This document shows positions 37,926-48,000 of a DNA stretch of 54,449 nucleotides, piece after piece. Location: contig CAILLM010000005.1 in the NCBI GenBank assembly GCA_903835075.1, forward strand, positions 1 to 54,449, in the 5' to 3' direction. A program made the position numbers and the translations under genes. The DNA comes from Candidatus Staskawiczbacteria bacterium (GTDB taxonomy: Bacteria > Patescibacteriota > Minisyncoccia > Minisyncoccales > Staskawiczbacteraceae). Within the stretch, counting starts at the first letter, position 1. Every line of letters starts with the position of its first letter. The notes below the pieces were generated by a model that searched no databases, had not been told where the DNA came from, and saw nothing but the letters and a program-made list of their open reading frames with translations.

Positions 37926-37963
37926 TGTAAAATAGAACAATTATAGAAAATTAACTGAAAATT

Positions 37964-39937
37964 ATGCAAAAATTTTTCTCTTTTTTAAAACAAAATAAAA
38001 TATTGTTTTTTGTGCTATTGGGATTATTTGTGTGGACAGGGTTACTATGCGTCCCAAGCTACGCAAAAGGGTTTGCAGGGTCTCCTCCTAGCTCCGCAGA
38101 CACTCTGATGAATTCTGTACCAGCAGTGCCATCAGACCTTGCAGAAGACCTAACTTTAGATTGGAAAGAAGTTCTTAATCCATTAAACCTTATGGCTGCT
38201 GCGGGAATGGCTGTTGTAGATGGGTCTTATAGAATTTCACAATATTGTGCTTATGCCCTTGATTACACACTTAAAAATATTTTACGTGCACCAATCACCA
38301 CAAAAGATGCTGGATTTTTAGATGCATGGGCGCAAATAAGAAATTTGGGCAATATGCTAATTGTATTGGGGTTTGTTGTTGTAGGTATTGCAACAGCGCT
38401 AAGAATTCAAACCTATGCTGCAACAAAACTTTTGTGGCCATTAATCTTGGTGGCTATTTTAGTTAATTTTTCGGGATTATTTTGTGGGTTAATAATTGAT
38501 GCATCAAACTTAGTAACCACAGGGCTGATGCAAACTAAGTTAGATACAAATGTTAACCAAAGCCAAGCTCCCGTGCAAATTGGTGGGGCTACTCACAAAG
38601 GCACGCTAGATACAATTTCTACAACACTAGTAAAAGAAATTAAATACACTTCTGTAAAAATCCTTAATCATGATTTATTTGATAAAGGGTTAGCAATGTT
38701 TTTTGTGGGATGCTGTTTATTTGGATTTGTATATTTAGGAATGGCTTTTACTTTCCTTTATTTAACAGTTTTACTTATAGCTAGATATGTTGTGCTAATA
38801 ATGTTATTTATACTTTCACCGTTAGCTTTTACTTTTTGGGTTTTTCCTGCCTCTCAACATTTATGGAAAGAATGGTGGAATCATTTTGTAAAATGGTCAT
38901 TTGTGGGAGTGTTTGGAGCATTTGTCCTTTTCCTCACAAATATAATATTGAGCCAACAAGCCCTTTTAAAAAGTGGAGCAACAAACATGACAGATTTTGC
39001 TCAAATGGGTCCGCTGTTTATTCAAATTATTATTGTTTTAGGATTTATGGCCATTGGATTTAAAATGACAGCTAAGAGTTCGGGCATTGCGTCTATGGCC
39101 ACTGGCGCTGTTTTGGGACTAGCAACTGGCGGAGCAGCTTTAGCAGCTGGATCAGTTGGAAAAGGAGCTAGCTTCTTATCAAATAAAACAGGGTTATCAA
39201 GGGTTGGCAGTAGAATAGGCAATAGCACTGGTAGGCTTGCAGAAAGATTTGGTCTCCGTCAAGAAGGAACTACCGCAGCCGCAGCAGCCAAACAAATGAA
39301 GTCCAAACAAGATTCTATTGGTAATTTAGACCTTGATAGGCAAGCTACATTGGCTGGAGGAAGTGCAATGAGTCATAATGCAGCTCAAGACAAAGTTGCA
39401 GCCATACAAAATTTAGCCAAAACTGGAAATATGCATAGGCTTGGTACTATAGATCAACAAAGAAATGCACTTTCCTATGCCCAAAGCTATATGAGAAGCA
39501 GGGGCGTAGACACGTCTGGATTTATGAGTGATGCAGAAAAATCAGATCCTAGGTTAAGAGCAGCCAACAATGTAAGAATTGAAAATGAAATGAGAGATAA
39601 CTTGCCTGCAATTCCTGCCAATGTTACTGGCGCCGCCAGAACAGTGGCAATAGAACAAAGGAGAAGCGCTGCTCAACACAATATCATAGCCCAAGGATTT
39701 GCTGATGCCAAAACCCCTGATATAAGAGGTTTCCATCCAAATGTATTACGATCAGACGAGTTTATAGAGAACACAAGCGCCAATAAAATTGAAAGGGCAG
39801 CAGCAGGAATGTCCACATCACAAGTTAATGCCCTTAGAGATCATTTAGCTGCTAATAGCCACTTAAACAATCTAATAACCAATAACCCGGGGAACCAAGA
39901 ATTAGCGCAAACACACGCGACCATCGCGGGATTATAA
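37964..39937 (+). CDS. VirB6/TrbL-like polytopic membrane protein
   Basis: W..IRNLGN, LVNFS, R...L..LFILSPLAF, WW..F; Ala/Gly-rich cytoplasmic tail; T4SS context. Confidence 0.75.
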   Translation: MQKFFSFLKQNKILFFVLLGLFVWTGLLCVPSYAKGFAGSPPSSADTLMNSVPAVPSDLAEDLTLDWKEVLNPLNLMAAAGMAVVDGSYRISQYCAYALDYTLKNILRAPITTKDAGFLDAWAQIRNLGNMLIVLGFVVVGIATALRIQTYAATKLLWPLILVAILVNFSGLFCGLIIDASNLVTTGLMQTKLDTNVNQSQAPVQIGGATHKGTLDTISTTLVKEIKYTSVKILNHDLFDKGLAMFFVGCCLFGFVYLGMAFTFLYLTVLLIARYVVLIMLFILSPLAFTFWVFPASQHLWKEWWNHFVKWSFVGVFGAFVLFLTNIILSQQALLKSGATNMTDFAQMGPLFIQIIIVLGFMAIGFKMTAKSSGIASMATGAVLGLATGGAALAAGSVGKGASFLSNKTGLSRVGSRIGNSTGRLAERFGLRQEGTTAAAAAKQMKSKQDSIGNLDLDRQATLAGGSAMSHNAAQDKVAAIQNLAKTGNMHRLGTIDQQRNALSYAQSYMRSRGVDTSGFMSDAEKSDPRLRAANNVRIENEMRDNLPAIPANVTGAARTVAIEQRRSAAQHNIIAQGFADAKTPDIRGFHPNVLRSDEFIENTSANKIERAAAGMSTSQVNALRDHLAANSHLNNLITNNPGNQELAQTHATIAGL

Positions 39938-39953
39938 TTTAATTTAAACTTAC

Positions 39954-40490
39954 ATGGAAAACACAAATCAAAGAATAATTTTTGAGGTGCCAGAAGATAC
40001 AACTTCAGCAAAAATAATTTATGATATTTTAAAAGAAAACAACATTACAGAAAAAACTGCTCAAGATCTTTTCAATAAAGCAGCCGTTATTATTAAGGCC
40101 ACAAAAGATGTTTTTGACAAAAAAATAACAGAAGATAAAATGTCTGAACTTTTGCAAAATGAGTTAAAAATTTCTAAAGATGTGGCTGGCGCTATAATAA
40201 AAGAAATAAAAGAAAAATTATTGCCTTTGGCAAAAAAAGTAAATATTCCAAGCGACAAGGTGGAAACAAACACGCCAAGTTTTTTTAATGCAGATGAAAC
40301 AAAAATAGAGCTTCCACCAGAAATTGAAAAAAATATTGCAGAACGTCCATCTGTTACAGAATCAGAAAATAGTGTTATTAATACTGTTGTAAAAAAAACT
40401 CCAAGAATTAAAAAAATTCCACCAACAGTTTCTGTGCCACCAACAACGCAACCAAGCAAACCAGATAATTATCGTGAACCAATAGAATAA
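39954..40490 (+). CDS. hypothetical protein
   Basis: Follows the virB6-like gene; ends DNYREPIE. Confidence 0.7.
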   Translation: MENTNQRIIFEVPEDTTSAKIIYDILKENNITEKTAQDLFNKAAVIIKATKDVFDKKITEDKMSELLQNELKISKDVAGAIIKEIKEKLLPLAKKVNIPSDKVETNTPSFFNADETKIELPPEIEKNIAERPSVTESENSVINTVVKKTPRIKKIPPTVSVPPTTQPSKPDNYREPIE

Positions 40491-40497
40491 AAAAATA

Positions 40498-40529
40498 CTT
40501 GTGCTGATTTTATCAAAGTATAAAAAAAT
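40498..40529 (-). repeat. REP-like 32-mer after terminator
   Basis: 30/32 identical to 33814-33845. Confidence 0.75.
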
Positions 40530-40556
40530 AGGGAAGCGTGATTGCTTCCCTTTTTT
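40522..40556. terminator. bidirectional terminator
   Basis: A-tract, AGGGAAGC-GTGATT-GCTTCCCT, T-tract. Confidence 0.75.
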
Positions 40557-40683
40557 GATGCTCTGTCTTTATTAAAGACAGCTTCTGGCTTTCATCTAGC
40601 CCTTTGATTTTTTTGTTGATTGTTTTGAGAGGTTTCCCTGTTCTGCGGAAGTTGTGCTCCCGCAGAACAGGATTGGCACCCGA

Positions 40684-41892
40684 TTAGTCGTAGCGATTTA
40701 TCGGGCGGTCTGGCTCGGGTTCGGGGTCGGGCGTTGGCGGCAGTCCATCGTCGTCGTCGTCATCTGGTGGCAAGGTCACGCGCGGGTTGCGCGGATTTTG
40801 CTGGTTGGCGTTGCGTGGGGGCCTTGGCCCGCCACGTCCCGCACCAGCAAATACACCTGCTCCACCACCACCAAGCGACAACACACTGATACCATCGGGG
40901 AGCGGGCCACCACCGCTTGATATGTCGGTTTCAACCCGAGAGAAGTTACTTGCCAAAGCTTTGGTCCGCAGGTCTTCCAACGCTCTTTCTTTGCGTTGGT
41001 ATTCACCGCTGGTTTTCAGCTCGGCAACAACTTCTTCCTCGGGTTTACCGCCAGAGTGGGCAACGTGTCGAGCAACCCATTTTTCCATCATCAAGTCAAT
41101 GGGGTCACCAATACGGGCGGCCTCACCTTGAGCAATGAGTTCTTGCTGGCTTCGGGCTTTTTTGGCCGCCTGATAGGCGGGGTCCAATTCGACGGATTTG
41201 ACAACAATAGAATTTGGAACAATTTCCAAACCCCAGTCATCTCGTGCTTCGTCAAAAGACCCCGTGAGTTTCAATTTCTTGAGCTCCTTCCACATGGCAA
41301 CACCATTACCCTTGGCCGACTGGACGTGGTTGACATCCCCGCTGAATACCCATGCGCGCAAGGCGCCATCTTGGCGGTCTTCCACCGCTTCCCTGACGAC
41401 ATTACGGGGAGAGACAAATAGGAATTTCCGAGGGTTGATGACCCTCATTTTGGAAGTGAATTTTACATCCACCCCAACACTCCCTGGTTGTTCTCCTGGG
41501 ACAGCAGGTGGCTCGGTGGTTTCAGCCTCAGAGGTAAAGGGGTTTGACGCCACATCACCTAAGCGGATATAAACACCTTCTCCAAATCCGTCTATCTCAT
41601 TATAATCAAGGTATTTAGCCGGCTTTACAAATGGCCAGAAGTAGACAATCCAACCGCCGAAGCGGAGGATGTGGAAACAACTGCCATAACTGTTAGGGCC
41701 AGGGCCAGCAACAATGTCGCCGTCAGCGTTGAAATGATGCTCAGCAAACTCCATTGCACAAAGCACAAACCTGCCACGGCTTTTAAATATTACCGCATAC
41801 CCCTCTTGAACTGTCAGAAATCTGACAATAAAGAATGGGGATGCAATAACACATAGGCCGATAAACCAAATCAAAATATACAATAAGAACAT
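40684..41892 (-). CDS. divergent SPFH/band-7-like membrane protein
   Basis: N-terminal TM, TVQEG..VI...G.F, WGLEI..V.SVE, Ala-rich coil, disordered Pro/Asp tail; GC-rich. Confidence 0.55.
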   Translation of the reverse strand: MFLLYILIWFIGLCVIASPFFIVRFLTVQEGYAVIFKSRGRFVLCAMEFAEHHFNADGDIVAGPGPNSYGSCFHILRFGGWIVYFWPFVKPAKYLDYNEIDGFGEGVYIRLGDVASNPFTSEAETTEPPAVPGEQPGSVGVDVKFTSKMRVINPRKFLFVSPRNVVREAVEDRQDGALRAWVFSGDVNHVQSAKGNGVAMWKELKKLKLTGSFDEARDDWGLEIVPNSIVVKSVELDPAYQAAKKARSQQELIAQGEAARIGDPIDLMMEKWVARHVAHSGGKPEEEVVAELKTSGEYQRKERALEDLRTKALASNFSRVETDISSGGGPLPDGISVLSLGGGGAGVFAGAGRGGPRPPRNANQQNPRNPRVTLPPDDDDDDGLPPTPDPEPEPDRPINRYD

Positions 41893-41995
41893 GGTTGACT
41901 CTCGCTTTCTTTTAGTTTCTCAAACAATCAAATAAGCACTTCGCACGGGACCGCCCCGCACAGAAACACTATTTGACAAGGTTCTCGAATGCTTT

Positions 41996-42024
41996 ACTAT
42001 ATCATATTAACACAACACTGTCAA
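41996..42024 (-). promoter_or_regulatory. sigma70-type promoter for the SPFH-like gene
   Basis: TTGACA-17 nt-TATAGT with extended TG. Confidence 0.7.
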
Positions 42025-42101
42025 GGTGTTGAGAAACCATTGTTGCTCTTGTCTTTTTATACATGTTATAATAGAAGAATTTAAAATTATAGATTAATTT
42101 T

Positions 42102-42509
42102 ATGGAACAATATCCTATACCACAATTTATTGAACAAGAAAGTAGAATTGCTTTCTTTATTTCATTTAGACAGTTTTTCTACTTGGTGGGGGCGGGGGTT
42201 CTTTGCTTTTTTCTATATTTTACTTTGCCTCGCATTATTTTTTATATCGCTTCGGCAGTTATTGCTGTTGCCTCGGTAATTCTTGCATTTGGAACAATAA
42301 ATGGCACGCCCATTTTGAATGTAATTTTAGGGTCAATTGGTTTTTCATTTGGTGGTAAAAATTACACTTGGAGTAAAAAAGAATCGCCATATCCTTTCAA
42401 GCCAATTCAACGAACCCAAATTAAAAAAATAGATTCAGGGCCAGTTTTAAAAGCACAAAACAGCCAACTAAAAAGAACAAAAACTTTAATTGATTTAAAA
42501 ACAAAATAA
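42102..42509 (+). CDS. PrgI family protein (VirB3-like)
   Basis: YPIPQFIEQESRI...SFRQF, two TMs, upstream of virB4. Confidence 0.8.
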   Translation: MEQYPIPQFIEQESRIAFFISFRQFFYLVGAGVLCFFLYFTLPRIIFYIASAVIAVASVILAFGTINGTPILNVILGSIGFSFGGKNYTWSKKESPYPFKPIQRTQIKKIDSGPVLKAQNSQLKRTKTLIDLKTK

Positions 42510-42510
42510 T

Positions 42511-43167
42511 ATGGCAGAATCAGCAACGCAAGCATTTTTAGAAATACAAGATATTAGAGAGGGAGTTTTACTTTTGAAAAATAATTCTATTAGAGGAATT
42601 TTGATGACCTCTTCAATAAACTTTGCTTTAAAATCTGAAGAAGAGCAAACAGCAACAATATTTGCTTTTCAAAACTTTTTAAATTCCTTAGACTTTTTTT
42701 GCCAAATTGTTATTCAATCAAGAAATATAAATATCACTCCATATTTAGACAGTTTAAAAGATTTGGAAGAAAAACAAACCAACGAATTACTAAAAAAACA
42801 AACTTCTTCTTATCGAGAATTTATAAAAGAAATGGTGGTGGGGGACGTGGTTATGACTAAAAGTTTTTACATTGTGGTGCCATATAATTTGATGGAAATC
42901 TTTGGAGTAAAGGGCGCTCAGAAAAATTTTGGCATGGTAGCTGGAAGTAGTGCAAACAGCAAACCAATGTCTGATGATGATTTCCAAAGATGTAAATCAC
43001 AACTATGGCAAAGAATGGAATATATTTCTATGGGACTAAGAAGATGTGGGCTAGAAGCTGTTCCGTTAACAACTCCAGAACTTATAGAGTTGTTTTGGTC
43101 TATTCATCATCCTGACCAAGCAGAAATTGGATATTACCCAGAAATATTACCAGAGTTACTTAAGTAA
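42511..43167 (+). CDS. T4SS-associated protein resembling the TraC/VirB4 N-terminal region
   Basis: TQ.FL.I..I..G, SINF.LKS.EEQ, FLNSL, FYIVVP. Confidence 0.7.
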   Translation: MAESATQAFLEIQDIREGVLLLKNNSIRGILMTSSINFALKSEEEQTATIFAFQNFLNSLDFFCQIVIQSRNINITPYLDSLKDLEEKQTNELLKKQTSSYREFIKEMVVGDVVMTKSFYIVVPYNLMEIFGVKGAQKNFGMVAGSSANSKPMSDDDFQRCKSQLWQRMEYISMGLRRCGLEAVPLTTPELIELFWSIHHPDQAEIGYYPEILPELLK

Positions 43168-43178
43168 TACAAAAAACT

Positions 43179-44984
43179 ATGAAATTTTTAGATAATCTTT
43201 TAGGTAAAAAAGAGCAAGACCTTACTGAGCAAATTTTTCAAGAAGAAGCTTTTGATGTAAAAGATATTATTGCTCCGCCATATATTGGGGTTTTGCAAGA
43301 CCACATAAAATTGGGCGAGCGTTTGGCAAAATCTTTTTTTGTTTTTTCTTATCCCCGTTATTTAAACACTGGATGGTTTTCACCTGTTATAGATTTAAAC
43401 ACTCCAATGGACATTTCATTTTTTATACATCCTGTAAGTTCAGAATTAATTTTAAAAAAATTAAGAAAAAAAGTTACGGAAGTTTCTTCAGAATTGTTGG
43501 AAAGGGAAGAGAAGGGCTTGATTAGAGATCCTGCTTTGGAAACCGCTTACAAAGACATTGAAACATTAAGAGATAACTTAATGACTGCTCAAGAAAAAAT
43601 GTTTCGGCTGGGTTTATATATTACAATTTATGAAACTTCTGAAAAAGAATTACGCGACACTGAGCTTACTTTAAGATCAATTTTTGAATCTAGATTAATT
43701 TATATTAAGCCTGCATTGTTTAAACAAAAAGAAGGATTTATTTCTTGCAACCCATATGGAATGGATTTAATTAATGTTCACACTCCAATGGATACGGCCC
43801 CACTTTCAACTTGTTTCCCATTTATTTGTTTTGACCTAAGTTCTAATGAAGGAATTTTATATGGCATAAATAGACATAATAATTCTTTAGTTTTATTTGA
43901 TAGATTTAGTTTGGAAAATGCTAACATGGTTGTTTTTGCTAAAGCTGGTTCTGGAAAGTCTTATGCAATTAAACTAGAAATTTTAAGATATTTAATGCAA
44001 GGCGTGGACGTAATTATTATTGACCCAGAAAATGAATATGAAGTTTTGGCTGATTCTGTTGGCGGTTCATTTTTAAAAATTTCTTTAACTTCTGCAAATC
44101 ACTTAAACCCTTTTGATTTACCCGTGCCTGGGCCAGATGATAATCCTCAAGATATTTTAAGATCTAATGTTATCAACTTGGTTGGACTTTTGCGAATTAT
44201 GTTGGGCGGGCTAACGCCAGAAGAAGACAGTATTTTAGATGAAGCTTTAACACAAACATATGCTGTGCGTGATATTACTGCTGAATCAGATCCAAAAACC
44301 TGGGCAAACAATACTCCGCTCATGTCTGACTTCCAAGAAATTTTAGAAAGTATGACTGGTACAGAATCTTTGGTAAAACGTATTGGTAAATTTACTAAAG
44401 GAACTTTTGCTGATTTCTTTAACCAACAATCTAATATTTCTTTAGACAAAAACTTTGTTGTTTTTGGAATAAGAGACATGGAAGAATCTTTAAGGCCAAT
44501 TGCTTTATACATTGTTATGAGATATATTTGGAACATTGTAAGATCAAAATTGAAAAAAAGAATTTTAGTTATTGATGAAGCTTGGTGGCTTATGCAATCA
44601 GCTGACGGAGCATCATTTCTTTTTGGTCTTGTAAAAAGAGGAAGAAAATATTGGCTGGGAGTTACAACAATTACTCAGGATGTGTCTGACTTTATGAAGT
44701 CTGATTATGGCAAGGCAATTATTACAAACTCTTCATTACAACTTTTAATGAAACAATCTACTGCTGACATTGATACTGTGCAAAAAGTTTTTAATTTAAC
44801 AGAACAGGAAAAATATTTATTGTTGGGAGCATCAATTGGAGAAGGATTATTTTTCGCAGGTAAAAAACATGTGTTTCTTTCTGTTGTTGCCAGCCAAACA
44901 GAAAACCAAATAATCACAACTAACCCACAAGAAGTTTTAGCAAATAGGGAAGCGAAGAAAAATCTGGAATCATCAAAAAATTAA
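43179..44984 (+). CDS. virB4: VirB4-like type IV secretion ATPase
   Basis: Walker A AKAGSGKS, IIDPENEY, Walker B LVIDEAW, RKY, ITQ. Confidence 0.9.
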   Translation: MKFLDNLLGKKEQDLTEQIFQEEAFDVKDIIAPPYIGVLQDHIKLGERLAKSFFVFSYPRYLNTGWFSPVIDLNTPMDISFFIHPVSSELILKKLRKKVTEVSSELLEREEKGLIRDPALETAYKDIETLRDNLMTAQEKMFRLGLYITIYETSEKELRDTELTLRSIFESRLIYIKPALFKQKEGFISCNPYGMDLINVHTPMDTAPLSTCFPFICFDLSSNEGILYGINRHNNSLVLFDRFSLENANMVVFAKAGSGKSYAIKLEILRYLMQGVDVIIIDPENEYEVLADSVGGSFLKISLTSANHLNPFDLPVPGPDDNPQDILRSNVINLVGLLRIMLGGLTPEEDSILDEALTQTYAVRDITAESDPKTWANNTPLMSDFQEILESMTGTESLVKRIGKFTKGTFADFFNQQSNISLDKNFVVFGIRDMEESLRPIALYIVMRYIWNIVRSKLKKRILVIDEAWWLMQSADGASFLFGLVKRGRKYWLGVTTITQDVSDFMKSDYGKAIITNSSLQLLMKQSTADIDTVQKVFNLTEQEKYLLLGASIGEGLFFAGKKHVFLSVVASQTENQIITTNPQEVLANREAKKNLESSKN

Positions 44985-45002
44985 ATTTTAAAAATACAAT
45001 AC

Positions 45003-48000
45003 GTGGCAAATTTTCTTAAAAATTTTTTTTCTTTTTGTTGCTTATGCAGTGTTTTTTTGTTAAAAGCAGAATTGGTTTTTGCACTAGAAGTTAAGTACCC
45101 AGATATTTTAGGGAAGTCTTTAGATGACAGCTCCACATTAGGAAATTTTGTTTGCTATTTATTTAATGCAGGAGTTTCTTTGGCAATCACAATTGCTGTT
45201 TGTACAATAGTCTATGGAGCAATTTATTATATAATTTCTTATGGGCGGGGGAGTTTTACTAGTGAAGCCAAGGACTGGATAAAGTCAGGGATTTTGGGAA
45301 TGCTGATAATTGTATGCGCTTCTCTAATTCTTTACACCATAAACCCAGATGTAAAAACTTGTAAAATTTCTTTATTGGCCAATGCCACTCTTCCAAATAT
45401 TTTTGGCACTATTCCTGCATCATCAACACCCGTGTCTGCTGCTACTTATAATGAAATTCCTGTTGGAACTTTAGTTGAAAATCTTTTAACAAGAACCTCT
45501 ATTTTTGCTTCTTATGATAAATATGGAGATATTGTTATGCCAGATCCCAGCCAATCAACAGGGGGTAATAGCCAGCCTAGTAATCCCTATGTAAATGAAG
45601 ACCGAGTAACAGGCTTGAGACAAATGATAGAAGGAGCGCAAAGAAAAGCCCGCGTAGCTGCTGAGTTGTCAGATGAAATAACCAAGTTAATGAACACCTG
45701 CTCTTGCAGAATAAAAGATGCAAACGGAAAAGATACTGGCAAAAGTAAGTGTGACCCAACCTGCGACCCTGCCAATGGGGGATGCCCAGTAAAAGGCTCT
45801 TGTCCTGGCGGTTCTTGTGATGCCAAGGGTGCTTGTTTTGGTGGATCATGCAAGCCGTCATATTCTTCGCCCGATTGTTGCCCTACGGGTGTCAAAGAAA
45901 AAATTGAGCATGGTCCCATATATGTACATATTGATGTTAACAAAGACCCAGATAACAATACACAAGTTACCTGTGATGTTCCATGTACAGAAGATTCTGA
46001 CTGCCAGTCGGCAGGATCAAAAGAATTGAATAGAACTAATACCAAAGAAACAATGGGGCCATCTTGCGACCCCGATACCCATACCTGCGGGGTAAAATAT
46101 AAAGGACTAGATGAGTTTAGGTGCCCGCTATCTTCTCAAGACAAAAAAATGCAAAAGTGTGAAGACATAATGCCCATAATTTCTACAGCAGCCACAAGTG
46201 CGGGCAATATTGGTGTTGTGCAAATATATCCTGATAAATGGTATAAGTTAACTTTGTGGCAACAATTAAAATGGTTTCAAGAATATATTTTAGCCTGGTC
46301 AGACACTTTTGGTTTGCATGCAGATATACAAAATTTACAATCTGCAAGACAAAAAATAAGCCAATGTCATCGCTTAGTAGCTGCCACAGACATGTTAAAA
46401 AGTAATGAGGTTTTAAGTCTACAAAAACAAGTTATAATTAAAAGCCCAACCCAACTTGTTGATTTTTCAAGTGGAAAAACAATAAATTCTTCACAATATT
46501 GTACGGGCTTTAATTATGACAAGTCTGATTGTTTAGGAAATTGTAACAAACAATGCCCAGATTCTGGCGCTACAAGTGCTTATGCAGAATGCAAAGATGC
46601 CTCTTGTTTAACAAATGCTTTCAAAACAAAAAAGTGCAATGACGGGACTGATTTTAACAGTTGTTTAAAAACCTGCCAAGATGATTGCGCGAAAGATTGT
46701 GTATCACACTATCCGGGTTGCTCTCCAGAAAGAAGCGCTTGCGAACAACAATGTGAAAGTAGTGGTCAATGTGCCATAGATAATGCTGACAAATGCTTAT
46801 TTGCTTCTGTTGGGGGAGTCACAGCTTGTGCAAAAAATAATGCCGACGATTCTTCTGCTTTTAACGCTTGTATTTATAAAAGTAACACTTGTATAAATGG
46901 CTCCAAACAACATTCTGGTTATCCAGATTGTATAAGCAATTTTAATGATTTAGATAAAAAATGCTCAACACTTAAAGACTTAACCAGTTGCATAGCCGAG
47001 AAACAAAATGGTGTCTGTATGTGGCTTGGAGATTCTTGCGGAGGATTTTCTAAATCTGTAAAAACTACTGATCCTCTTTATTGTTCGAATCTTACAGGAA
47101 AAAACACTTGTGAAGGGGCAGGATGTATTTGGTCACCTGCGCATTGCCTTGTAGGAAACTTATTTCCAGATAGCCAAGTATATTCTGCTACATATCTTTA
47201 TGAAAACCCCAATAATCAAAAGTGCCCAATAGGTCAAACCAAAAATCCTCAAACAAATGTCAACGGCCTTGTATCTTCTTTGTGTGTAAATATATATCCA
47301 GAAACCGCTAAATGTCCAGCCAGTGCATCTTCTGGATGCCCAACTTGTCCATGCGGTAAAATAGATGAGCCTTTTGGATTTCTTGTGCCAAATAGAAGCA
47401 CGGCCGTTGCCTATAAAAAATGCACAAACAGTGGCCAATGCGCAAAAGATCAAATTTGTATACAAAAGGTGTGCATGAGTAATGGAAAAGAAAATATTCC
47501 TTGCAAAACCGACGCTCAATGTTGTAAAACAGGAGAAACTTGCTCAACCACAAAACATGTTTGCGTAACTAACGCAGGTGACGAAGGCTATGTTGTTAAA
47601 ACTCCAAATATTACTGTTTACCAAATGGTAAGCCCTCAGTGTAACGGATATGCTTATAATGATGACCCCCTAACTTATTATTGTGAAGATAATTGGTGGA
47701 ATGATTTCTATAAAGAAAAAAGTGATCCATCAACTCCAATAGGAAAAGAAAAAAATTGCAGTAAGAAAGAAGTTATTCCTATTGGTCAAACAATTGATAA
47801 CTCTTTGGCTTGGACTAAAACAATTTTAAAAGTACCAGAGACAACATCAAAATTAATCCAACCACTACTTGACCAGATGAAAAAAATGGGAAATGCAATA
47901 GAAACAGATGAGTCAAAAAATCCCTACCCGCAAGTAGCAAATTATTGTAAGTGCGGAGCACAATTTGAAGATAATACACCCATGTGCACGAGCGGTTGCC

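Noticed and set aside
40654-41856. Several overlapping antisense or alternate-frame ORFs in the GC-rich gene (likewise 33780-35336)
   Set aside because: Shadow ORFs expected from scarce stop codons in GC-rich sequence; no motifs
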